A DNA stretch of 61,001 nt. Origin: Octopus sinensis. Its lineage: Eukaryota. This document shows positions 24,483 to 34,705 of the stretch, one piece after another; the first letter of the stretch is position 1, and each line of letters opens with the position of its first letter. The position numbers and the translations under genes were made by a program. The stretch covers positions 1-61,001 of the forward strand of contig NW_021832408.1 in NCBI RefSeq assembly GCF_006345805.1. Reading direction: 5' to 3'. The notes beneath the pieces were generated by a model that saw only the letters and a program-made list of their open reading frames with translations, was not told the origin of the DNA and searched no databases.

Positions 24483-25025
24483 GATTGGTCAACAAGTTGA
24501 TGACGTCTAGCTCTGCTAGAATGGACAGGATACAAACAGGGGACAGTCATTAGTCAGAATATTGATGACGTCCTTTTCTGCTTGAATAGTCACCTAACAA
24601 GTACAGACAGGGGGCAGATCTAATGTAGCTATAAGTCGTGATTGGGCAGAATCTGGATGACGTCCCGTTCTGCTTGACTAACGAAGCGACTGGTCAAAAC
24701 AGGAAACAAACAAGAGGCAGATATAATGCAGCGATTGGTCAAAATAATGATGACGTCCCGTTCTACTTGACTAACGAAGCGACTGGTCAAAACAGGAAAC
24801 AAACAAGAGGGAGTTATAATGCAGCGATTGGTCAAAATAATGATGACGTCCCGTTCTACTTGATTAAAGCCACCTAACGAAACGATTGGTCAAAACATTG
24901 ATGACGTCACGCTACGCTAGATTGACCACCTAACAGGCATTATAAAACCGAGCATTTCACAAAAACTCACTAGAACCACCCAGCGAACTTCTACCATGGG
25001 TCATCACAATTGCTTAAGGTAAAAA
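24483..25025 (+). promoter_or_regulatory. Putative Pol II promoter in the PLE terminal repeat: 6 x (inverted CCAAT)-N6-(CRE), TATA, Inr, ATG, splice donor
   Basis: GATTGGTCA-N6-TGATGACGTC (or 1-2 nt variants) at 24483, 24548, 24640, 24733, 24826 and 24884; TATAAAA 24941-24947; TCACT 24967; ACCATGG 24993-24999; AG|GTAAAA 25017-25024. Includes a 93-bp tandem duplication. Confidence 0.65.
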
Positions 25026-25279
25026 TGAATTCCTCGCTCTTTCAGAAACATCAATCTTCTGTATTGACCGCTTTCCACCACTTTGATCTGTTTTTTGTAT
25101 TGAATACGTATCGCCACCGTGGGCCACTGCATCGAACACTTTGAACATATACTTCAAACTATATATCAACTATACATGAACTATATATCAACTATACATG
25201 AACTCTAAGATGTCTGACTCCGTTGTGTATTATAAATGAATTTCTTGTGTTTGACGGCATGAGCTGTCTTTTTTTATAT

Positions 25280-25330
25280 AACTTTTTTGATAAGGTTCAT
25301 TTCAGGAACTGAAACATGTTATAATGTATA
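25280..25330 (+). ncRNA. Degenerate minimal hammerhead motif at the PLE 3' terminus
   Basis: TTGATAA (CTGATGA with 2 transitions)-GGTTC ATTTCAG GAACT-GAAAC AT GTT, with palindromic AACATGTT. Helix I is poorly preserved. Confidence 0.5.
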
Positions 25331-25436
25331 AATAAAAATAAAAAATTGTATAATACAGCAGCATTTTCGAACTTAATTTTTTACAAATATATATATATAT
25401 ATATGTATGGGTTTATGTATGTATGTATATGTATGT

Positions 25437-25516
25437 CAGGTCACTTTCGAGTGCTACTGGTAACATGTAACCCAGTACAACCTGTTGCATGGTCGGGTCG
25501 ATGGCGACTAAACCGG
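25437..25516 (+). ncRNA. Partial HDV-like ribozyme (P1 5' strand missing)
   Basis: P2 CAGGT/ACCGG, P3 CAC/GTG, L3 TTTCGA, P1' CTACT, P1.1 GG, P4 CATGTAAC/GTTGCATG and J4/2 C-TAA occur in the correct order. Confidence 0.45.
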
Positions 25517-25985
25517 CAACCCCACCAAGCTTGCTTGGTGAGGAGGGTGTTTATTGGACACCCTGCGAGATGAAAAACAAAACCCGTCAAAGGGCGGAGG
25601 AACTCTTGAGAGTCAACAGCCATCCAATAAATGTCTTAAGGCTGTATCATGCGCGGGGATCTAGAAATAATTGGACTGAATACCCGATCGCGCGGTTAAA
25701 CCATAGGAAGTGAAGGACTTCTAGACTTTGTTAGAGCATCCTTCTAGGAGAAGGTAACTCAGGTAACTGGGATAACTCCGACATAAAACCTGCGGCTCAG
25801 TTGTTACCGATGATGTTGACTTGTTCGTCTTTTCGGATTATGGCTGCTGTTGCTTAGTAAGTGGGATAGACTCAGTGAACAGCCTTTCCTCACTTTAAAA
25901 ATAATCTTTTTGCACAGGCATTGCACGATAACAACCTTGATTAAGCTTCGTGCAATGGCCATGCCCGATAACGAGGAGGCAGCCA
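25437..25985 (+). mobile_element. RTE-derived bipartite non-autonomous element (5' UTR/ORF start fused to the RTE 3' tail)
   Basis: The last ~45 nt (TTAAGCTTCGTGCAATGGCCAT.C.CGATAACGAGG.GGCAGCCA) match the 3' end of the RTE LINE at 46814-46859. The preceding KNNLFAQALHDNNLD resembles the start of the RTE APE domain. The 5' part looks like an RTE 5' UTR. Confidence 0.7.
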
Positions 25986-26539
25986 CCATGTATATGTATA
26001 TGTACGAGTAGCAGTAGAGGTACTGGTGTCAATCCATTACGACCGTTTCTAACGGCTCCTTTAATTGATTAATAAAAACATTACATCATTGTAAAAGAAA
26101 CCGTTTTTGTCAGATGAATTCATGAACTTCAAAACAAAGGACATTTAAATTGATTTAACATAGTTTAAAATCCACGGGGTGGTACCAAGTTGAATATTTA
26201 TATAACATTGTTGTTGTGCGTGTATACTATTGCGACCTAGTTTTTACTATGTTCCCGCACAAGCTTCCCATGTTTTAACATTTTTTATTGTTTTATATAT
26301 ATTTTTCATTTTTTCCTTTTTAATTGTGTGAATGTGTACGCGTGCGAGTATATGTATATGTATTAATGTATTTAATGTGTATGCATGTGATATATGTGTA
26401 CGCGTGTATATATGTATGTATGTATATGAATGTAGGTCGGTGTCTGGTGCATGAGTGCCGCGTTCATGCACGCGTCCCCTTCATCTATACGGATATGCAT
26501 GTGTTTGTATATGTACGAGTGTAGGTGTGTGATATGAGG

Positions 26540-26570
<31 letters not shown>

Positions 26571-27174
26571 GAAATATGTACATATATGTGTATACGTATA
26601 TGTGGAAGTGTGAATGTATGCCTATATATATATGTGTGTGTCTCTGTGTGTGTATGTATGTATATATATGTGTGTATGCATGTATCTATGTATGTATATA
26701 TGTATGTATGTGTATACGTATATTTATGTGTAAATGTCTAAATACATATGTATACAAGCATACACTTATGTGTATGTGAGGATAAAGTTGCGTACAGATG
26801 TACATACATACATACATTCATATATATATATATGGATGATCCGGTTCTTGACTGAAGATTGAAGGCTTCGAATGTCCCGTCCGTGTTTTTTGTATCGTCT
26901 TCTAAATGTTTTGCGATCTTGTCCCAGTTTGTATTTTTTTACATTTACATACATGGGTGCCTCTGTGTGTGGATATGATTATATGTATGGGTACGTGCAT
27001 ACACATATATATTTGTGTAGGTATGTGCATGTACATATACATGCCTGTGTGCGTGTGTACGTATGTAGAGGCTATGAACGCAGGAGGTTGGTAACAACGG
27101 CTCCATCTAGCCTCCATGTATATGTATGTGTGTGTGGGGGGGGGGGTTGCACATGCATGCATACATACATATAG

Positions 27175-27600
27175 TATGGTAAAAGCTATAGCCACTCATA
27201 ATAAAAAGGAATACTGGTGGAATATCCATGTGAAAACTTCAATAAAATTTAAGCACAACAGACCTGATATAATGATTTGGGAGAGAGAAGGGAGACTGTG
27301 CACAGTTGTGGAATTTAGCTGCTCACCGCATATTAACATAAAGCTGAAGATCAGTGAAAAAGAGAACACCTGTGCTGAACTACTGGGAAATCTGCAGTTA
27401 CTCTATCCAGATTACAGGTTCAGGTTTATACCTGTAATTAATGGGGCCCTGGGATATGGAACACACTGCCTAAGTACCAATCTTGAGAAATTAGGCTTCT
27501 CAAAATCCACAAGGATAAAACTGATTCGAAGACTACAGATCCAATCCATCACTGGAACTGTAAAGGTCTGTAAAACTTTCCAGAAGTTCATCGTTTAAAT
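27175..27600 (+). mobile_element. RLE-type (R4/Dong-like) LINE 3' fragment, third family
   Basis: EYWWNIHVKTSIKFKHNRPDIMIW...TVVEFSC...FIPVINGALG...IQSITGTVKVCKTFQKF*. Flanked by (CATA)n-rich DNA. Confidence 0.85.
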
Positions 27601-28208
27601 ATGTATGAGCAATATTAAATATGCAACTATATGCATGGGAATACATACATAAAACAAAACATACAAATCTGCACATATACATACATAGCATATACTTACA
27701 TACATGCATACATACGTACATACATACATACACACATACACACATACACGCATACATGCATACATATGCTTGCTTTCAAATGATAGAAGACCAGAGATAA
27801 TTCTTTCTTCTCCTAAGATATTGTATTACGTTAATCTACGATAACTAATGAATAAGTTTTTAGGTGTTTCTATAATTGTGAAGGATTCCACAGTTTGTTG
27901 CAGATGTGTGATACAGAACATATAAAAGGAATTTAAAATCAGTAGAATATTAAAAAATCTCTCACGTCATTATAACATAATTAAATAGTTATGTCTAATT
28001 ACTGGAGTACACATAACGAATAAGACTCATTTATGATGTGAGCTATATTGTATTATGGTTTCGTTATGGTTTTATTTTCCAGCATATATGAAACGTTTTT
28101 GATATGCCAAAGCTGATAGTCGATATAATTGCATATATATATATATAACGGGAAGGTTTACGAAAATAAACAAAAGACGAAGGCAGGTGGATTACAAACA
28201 AACAAATG

Positions 28209-28240
<32 letters not shown>

Positions 28241-29020
28241 TGTATGTATGTATGTATGTATGTATGTATGTATGTATGTATGTAGCCACGTAGGTAGATA
28301 GGTAGGTATGTATAACTGAATAGATAAATAGTAAAACAAGATAAATACGTACATATGTAGACAGATACATACATACGTATATATGTATATTCCAAATGAA
28401 CGTTTGCGATACAAATTAAATCCAATATAAATTATCTTAGACATTCGAAGAACTACTTTGAGACTGTAAAAGAATATCAAGCACTCTCTTGGGGGGGGGG
28501 GGAAATTGCAGGCGGCGAGGGATTAGTTCAATGATCTTGTCCTTATTTAGTCACAAAGTAATGCTTATAAATAATTAATAAACATATATATTTGTGTCTA
28601 TATATATGTAGTTATATATATATATATATATGTGTCTGTGTATGTGTGTATGAGTGTGTATGTGTGTATTTACATACATATATAAATATAAATACATACA
28701 AACACACATATAGATATATATTCATACATACAAATGTATAGATACATCTATGCATGTTTTTTATGGACGGATGGATGTATGTTTGTGCATAGGTATGTAG
28801 GTGTGCGTGTGTGTACATGTGTGTGTGTGTGTGTGTTTGTGCACTTATAAGTAAAGATTCTTTGAAGAATAACCTAAGAATGCACGAAGAACGTCCAAAC
28901 GAAATCTATTTGCGTCTCAGTGTCCTTTACAACATTTCATTCCTCAACTGGTTGAAATGAATCCACATGTCGTGTTTGTATGACACTCTGAAATATTAAA
29001 CTTTAAATATCCTTATCAGG

Positions 29021-29075
29021 AATCGAGGTCGACTTTGCCATTCATTTTACTGGGGTCGATAATATAAAGTATCTG
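29021..29075 (+). mobile_element. SINE family B internal fragment abutting the CR1 3' end
   Basis: GAGGTCGACTTTGCC...GGGGTCGATAA core. Confidence 0.65.
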
Positions 29076-30865
29076 GCATGTACCGCGATTGATAGTTTGT
29101 TTATGGTCCATTCAAGTAGTGAGTTGGGAGAGTTGTATCCAATTATGGGTGGCTTATCTGGTATTCTTTGAAGGAATCTATCCAGACTCCGTTTAAAGTT
29201 GATGGGATTCTTTTCCTCTTTGATCTCCCTCGGGACAATGTTAAACAGGGCAGGGACTGTTGAGGAAAAGAAATTATGTTGTAGTGTACATGTATGCTGT
29301 GATCTTGAATTGGGCAGGGGGCGTATGGCCCGTGGTCCCAGTCTTGGATGAACCTTGAAGCAAATGTTAAGGTCGTTTGGGCAAAGTTGGTGGTATATTC
29401 CCCACATCGTACAAATGATGTACCGCTCACGGCGACGCTGGAGAGAGTAAAGTTTCAAGGCTTTAAGGCGATCCCAATAATCGAGAATAGCCATGCCTTC
29501 AATTCGTTTAGTGAGTGCTCTCTGGGGTGACTCAATCCTGGAGATGTTTTGTCTTGTATGGGGAGACCACAGTGGGCAGCAATATTCGAGGTGTGGCCGT
29601 ACAAAGGAGGAGAAAAGTGGTATGATGACATCTTGTTCTCTGGACCGGAAAGTTCTTAAGATCCAGGAACTCATCCTACGAGCTATATCGACCTTCTTGT
29701 TGATGTGTGCACTCCAACTGAGATCGTCATCAACAATTACACCCAGGTCTATGATATTGTTAGGGGCTGTGAGCGGTTCCCCTGAAGGAAGAGAGTATGT
29801 CTGTTTTAGTGAGGAATTTCTTCCAAAATGCATCAGCTCAAATTTTCCCTCATTCAGTTGCATTTTTTTTCTGTCTGCCCATTGACCCACAGCATATAGA
29901 TCAGACTGGAGTTGAGTTCGGTCTGCTTCTTCATTGACGATTTGCTGGAGCTTAGTGTCATCAGCAAATATTTTCACTTTGCAGTAATGTACGACACTGG
30001 AAAGGTCGTTTACGTAAATTATGAAGAGTAGCGGACCCAAGACAGTCCCCTGGGGGACACCGCTAGTGACTTTTGCTGGGCTTGAGTGGACTCCATCAAC
30101 TACAACATGTTGTGTACTATTCGCCAGGAAATACTTAATCCAGTGTAGAACTTTTCCACGGATTCCAACATTTGCCAATTTTGAAAGTAGGATATTATGG
30201 TCTACCCTGTCGAACCCTTTACTGAAATCAAGATATATGACGTCAGAGTTCGAACCTGTTCCCAAGGCTTTGAGTACAACTTCAATGTGGTGTAAGAGCT
30301 GTGTTAGACAGTCCCTGCCACAGCGAAAGCCATGCTGATTTACTTTTAGGAGTTTGTGGGTCTCCAGGAAGTCAGCTATCCTTGATCTTAACACTCTTTC
30401 AAACACTTTAATGATGTGGGAGGTGAGTGAGATTGGGCGATAGTTGACTGCGAGGGATCTGTTTCCCTGTTTGAAAACCGGGATGACCGACTGGGATAGA
30501 AACTGTTTCGGTATATAACCTGCGTCTAACGAATTTCTCCAGAGGTTGGTCAGAGGGACTGCAAGTTGGTGTCTACATTCCTTCAGGAGACTAGCGGGGA
30601 ATCTATCAGGGCCTACAGCAGAGTAGTATTTGACCTCATTTATTGCTGCTACGATGTCAGTGTCAGTGAAGGTTATATCTGAGATTTTATGTTGGGAGTC
30701 AACTTCGTTCGCTTCTCTTACGTCAATATCAGTGGGAACACTAAAGACAGAGCAGTATTGCTTCTGCAGTATTTCTGCCATTTCTTTAGCATCGTGTTGG
30801 GGAATGCCGTTATCATCAATCAATGGCCCAAATGGGTGAGACAGTGGTTCTATGCTTATTTGCAT
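29042..30865 (-). CDS. CR1-type reverse transcriptase domain of ORF2 (open 607-codon segment)
   Basis: GPDRFPASLLKEC...VIPVFKQGNRSLAVNYRPISLTSHIIKVFER...QHGFR...YLDFSKGFDRVDH...SGVPQGTVLGPLLF...FADDTK...RPHLEYCCPLWSPH. The last ~12 codons are read through from the adjacent SINE. Confidence 0.95.
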   Translation of the reverse strand: MQISIEPLSHPFGPLIDDNGIPQHDAKEMAEILQKQYCSVFSVPTDIDVREANEVDSQHKISDITFTDTDIVAAINEVKYYSAVGPDRFPASLLKECRHQLAVPLTNLWRNSLDAGYIPKQFLSQSVIPVFKQGNRSLAVNYRPISLTSHIIKVFERVLRSRIADFLETHKLLKVNQHGFRCGRDCLTQLLHHIEVVLKALGTGSNSDVIYLDFSKGFDRVDHNILLSKLANVGIRGKVLHWIKYFLANSTQHVVVDGVHSSPAKVTSGVPQGTVLGPLLFIIYVNDLSSVVHYCKVKIFADDTKLQQIVNEEADRTQLQSDLYAVGQWADRKKMQLNEGKFELMHFGRNSSLKQTYSLPSGEPLTAPNNIIDLGVIVDDDLSWSAHINKKVDIARRMSSWILRTFRSREQDVIIPLFSSFVRPHLEYCCPLWSPHTRQNISRIESPQRALTKRIEGMAILDYWDRLKALKLYSLQRRRERYIICTMWGIYHQLCPNDLNICFKVHPRLGPRAIRPLPNSRSQHTCTLQHNFFSSTVPALFNIVPREIKEEKNPINFKRSLDRFLQRIPDKPPIIGYNSPNSLLEWTINKLSIAVHARYFILSTPVK

Positions 30866-31030
30866 AAGACTAGAACACTTTTGGGTTCTGTTTGATGTTT
30901 TTGATTACCCACTGTTCCTCCACAGCTTTTTGATTTTCAATGCAGGTTTTCATGTCAGTCTGTAGATGAAGTTTTTTTAGCTCTAGCCTTTTCATTGTTG
31001 TTGAATGTGGATGTTGTGTGTGGGAATATT

Positions 31031-31920
31031 TTAATTGGTTGATTCAATGTTTTCAAAGTGCTGCCATGCGGTCTCAATATGGGTGGAATTGAGAGTAAAA
31101 GACCAGTCGATGAAAGACTGATACTTTCTGATTGTTCCCCAGTCCGCTTTGTGGAAGTTTATGTTGTCAAATGGGTGCCATGGAGTGGGACTGGCTGGTT
31201 TGGTTTTTATATGTCGGGCATTAAATCTGCAGAGTACCATCTCGTGGTCTGAGAGGAGATTTTTTTCAACTGAAATACTGTGAACGAAGTTAGAGTGATT
31301 GGTCAATACCAGATCCAAGATCGTTTTATCCTGCCTCGTTGGTTCGAGCACTAGCTGAGTCAGGAAGTATTTATCCATCAGATTAAAGAGCAGTTCTGCT
31401 GCTGCTCTATCTGATGTAGAGCACTTGCCTAACTTCAGAGTATTTGTGGGCCAGTTCACATGAGGGAGGTTAAAATCACCCATCACTAGTATGTTTCCGG
31501 AGTGGTACTTCCGAAGGAAGGACTTGACTTTGCTAAGGCACTCTTCAAAGCACTTTAGAGGTGCCTGGGGAGGCCTGTAGAGACCAGCAATGATTATGTC
31601 CTTGGCCTTGCTGAATAGTGATACCGATTCACAGTAGCCATTGGAAAATATGTCCTTGCCATCAAGTGAAAAGGAGTCATGGATAAAGATGGCTGTCCCT
31701 CCCTTATTTCGGTCTGTGCGATTCGCACGAACAATGGTGAAAACTTTTATTTTCACATCGGGTGTTGTTCAGGTGAGTCTCGGTAAGGATAAAGAAAGGG
31801 AAGCAATGTGCCGTTTTGGCAAGCCAACTCTCTATTTATGGGATCTTCCATTTTTGGGCAATAATTGATGGGTTGATGCCACGTACATTTAACAGGAATG
31901 TCAAGGTAAGGGAACTTTGA
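31031..31920 (-). pseudogene. CR1 ORF2 apurinic-like endonuclease (stop and frameshift)
   Basis: FLLNVRGI...ILTETHL...RANRTDRNKGGTAIF...LYRPP...MGDFNLPHVNW...PTR..TILDLVLTN...SDHEMV. Confidence 0.92.
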
Positions 31921-32154
31921 TGTTTGCATTGTTCTAAGTTATGTTTTATTTTGTTCAGTGGTAAGAATGTAGGTAGTTCTTATATGGAGCTGTGTGTGTA
32001 TGATTTTCTTGTTGGTAATGGGTGTGTGGTCCTTGTGATTTGCATAGGCGGTTGCTGGTAGCACGTTGGATCTCCTGGCTTAGGTCGGCCTTCATATTTT
32101 CTAGGTAAGTCAGTAAAAAAGAGTTACCTCTTTGGTTTGCCACTGGGGCAGAGG

Positions 32155-33272
32155 TTACATATTCCATGTTGGTGTTATGGTTTTTTCATGGTTCTGTCTA
32201 CGTTGTTTGATTGTAGGAGGGGAAACGTGGTTGTATTTTGTTCTTGTTGTTGTCTTACATTTCCTCTGTTGCTGTTTATATTTATTCTGTGATCGTTTTG
32301 TGCCTTTCAGATGGTGGTGGTTGCATTCTGGGTTCAGGCACATCCTTTGTGACACAGAAGTTTGGCACAGTTTAGGATGGAAGAAGGTGCATCCATTGCC
32401 TTTTGTGCATCTATATTTGGGATCAGGACCATGGACTCTGTATTTAGGACAGTATTTGGTGTGGAGGTGAGGGCAGTTTTTTCCCGTTATACCATATGGA
32501 CAGGTGCCCTTAACAAGTCTACGACATAAGGTAGGATGGGAAAAAGCACAGCGTCCATTGTTGTTGGTGCCGCTGGGGCCAAATCTACAGTTGCCTTTAG
32601 AGTAGTAACGGCAGGATGTTTTATGTGGGTGTAGTAGTGGTTTTTCTATTCTGGCTGTAGTAGCAGTATCAGAGTGTTGTTGTTTCAATGTAGTGTCAGA
32701 TGCAGGTCGTTGTTTTTGTGATAGTGGGTTCTGGCTTGCCAGAATTGGGCCAAATCTGCAGCTGCCTTAAGAATAGTAACGGCAGGGTGTTTTATGTGGG
32801 TGTAGTAGTGGTTTTTCTATTCTGGCTGTAGTATCAGTAGCAGAGTGTTGTTGTTGTTGTTGTTGTTGCTGTAGCAGCAGTGACACTTGACTTGTAGCAA
32901 AGTGTTGTTGTTGTTGTTGTTGCTGTAGCAGCAGTGAAACTTGACTTGGGTTGTCAGGTGCTGGTTCCAATGGAATTAGGTCAGTTGTTTGTTGCTGTTG
33001 AAGTGACCCCTGACCTGTTGGAGTTGGGTCATTTGGTGCACTGCATTCATTGGCAAGAATGGCTTCTAGTGTTGCCATGTGCGCGTGAAAAATAGGAAAT
33101 ATTCTTTTAATCTCTTTTCGATCTGTTTTACAGATCTATGACGGGATTGTTTCGCTAAGTTTTCAGCTATTTTACTGTAAACATTAGCTTCGTTGTGATG
33201 AATGAACCAAGCGTTTATCATTGCAGTAATTTCATTTTCAACCCAGTGGCGTTTTTGAATATTATTGGCCAT
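32155..33272 (-). pseudogene. CR1 ORF1: Myb/SANT-like N-terminus, polyQ linker, four tandem CCCH zinc fingers (one frameshift, one nonsense codon)
   Basis: 33272 MANNIQKRHWVENEITAMINAW...VYSKIAENL...RSVKQIEKRLK; 33078-32155 is a single frame with one TAA at 32767-32769; CCCH fingers at 32613-32311. Confidence 0.75.
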
Positions 33273-33683
33273 ATTCAGTGGGACAGTATTGCGTAATATA
33301 TATGTATGTGTATGCGTGTATATGTATATGTACACCAGTTATTGATGGCTTGATGTAAAATAGTGAATACACCGTTGAAAAGTTTGTGTCGATATACTCG
33401 GAGATGCGTGGCTTGTGTGCGGGAGAGTTCAGTGTATTTAGTACAATCAGGATGAGCGGTGTGTTTAATACAGATCAAGAAAAAAGAAAGAAGAATTGTA
33501 CTCACGGGACTAGTTTTAGAACTAGTCTTGGGTTTAGTTTTGGTTTATATTTCTTTCTCCAGGTTGTATATAGATTTGTATAAATTTATCTTCCGATGGT
33601 AGTAAAAGAGTAGAATAGTAGAATTGTAGAATTCAAAAGTTCTGAGACAAGGAGAGTTTTTGCTGGCTTGAGTTGAAATACAT

Positions 33684-33722
<39 letters not shown>

Positions 33723-34222
33723 ATATATATACCGGCCAAGTCACAAACGCAAATATGAACTGCAAAAGCAGAAATTTAAGTTACTGCCTTAGATGCTCGA
33801 GCTGTGAAGATCTATATGTGTGTCAGACTGGAAATGCACCATCAGAACGTACACGTGTGCACCGACAACAAATTAGAGACCCAGATGTCCGTCAAGATAC
33901 ATTTGAATAACCATTTAGCAACGTGTAATTGGAAAATATTCATAAAATTTCTATTCCACAAACTACAGAGTCCAAGTGAAATTGAGAGTAAAATCAGAGA
34001 AAATAATTTTATTAATTAATTCCAACCCAAGCTGAATAAACAATATTAATAATAATACTTAGAAGTAATATTTCTACTGCTACGACTACTACCACTAACA
34101 ACAACAACAACAACAACAACAATGCTAAAGATCTCATGATAACGATAGCAGGAAAATACTAGCTAAGTCCGAAAGAAAAGTCAGTAAAAAAAATCTTATT
34201 CAGAGTTTAAAGTGCTACTCCT

Positions 34223-34254
<32 letters not shown>

Positions 34255-34497
34255 GAACAAGAACAACAACAACATCAACAACAATAACAACGACAACAAT
34301 AATAAAGATGAATATCATGGTGATGATGATAACTGGAATGTAAAAATCCCTGGGAAATGTTGTTTACAACATTTCTAAGAATAGCCAAACAATTACAGCT
34401 TTGGCCAGGGTCGAAATACAGGTCCCTTTACATGTTCAACAAACCGTGACGCCTAAACCAAACATCAATCAACTTAAATAATTTAGTGAAGCCAAAG

Positions 34498-34705
34498 TCG
34501 GCGAGTTGGCAGAGTTGTTAGCACGGCGGGCGAAATGCTTAGCGGTATTTTGTCTGTTTTTACGTTCTGAGTTCAAATTCCGTCGAGGTCGACTTTGCCT
34601 TTCATCAATAAATTAAGTACCAGTTGCTTACTGGGGTCTATCCAAACGACTGCCCCCCCATCAAAAATTTCAGGCCTTGCGCCTAGAGAAGAAAAGAATT
34701 TTAAT
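34498..34705 (+). mobile_element. tRNA-derived SINE family B
   Basis: GGCGAGTTGGCAGAG...GAGTTCAAATTCCGTCGAGGTCGACTTTGCC...TTAAGTACCAG. Confidence 0.88.

Larger units (their letters stand above)
22183..25335 (+). mobile_element. Penelope-like retroelement (PLE), 5'-truncated, with 3' pseudo-LTR
   Basis: PLE RT plus GIY-YIG ORF remnants, followed by a ~1-kb non-coding terminal region with promoter motifs and a hammerhead-like motif. Both ends lie in or next to (TA)n. Confidence 0.95.
29077..33680 (-). mobile_element. CR1-clade LINE, near full length (5' UTR, ORF1, ORF2 APE+RT), lightly disrupted
   Basis: Ordered on the minus strand: 5' UTR, ORF1 (33272-~31955), APE (~31920-31031), RT (30865-~29080). 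Confidence 0.95.

Noticed and set aside
24640-24880. CRISPR-like repeat/spacer pattern (also 43824-43901, 51394-51444)
   Set aside because: These are plain tandem duplications without unique spacers, in a eukaryotic context with no cas genes.
26855-26890. CTGAAGA-TTGAAGGCTTCG-AATGTC hammerhead-like motif
   Set aside because: GAAAC is broken and there is no helix I pairing.
29042-30865. Long open 607-aa ORF as a host gene
   Set aside because: It is the RT part of a CR1 ORF2 whose upstream APE is disrupted; its stop codon comes from an adjacent SINE fragment.
33500-33505. GTGAGT donor in the CR1 5' UTR (and GTAAGT at 51319-51324 in the Dong-like element)
   Set aside because: No convincing acceptor before the ORF start, so an intron cannot be supported.
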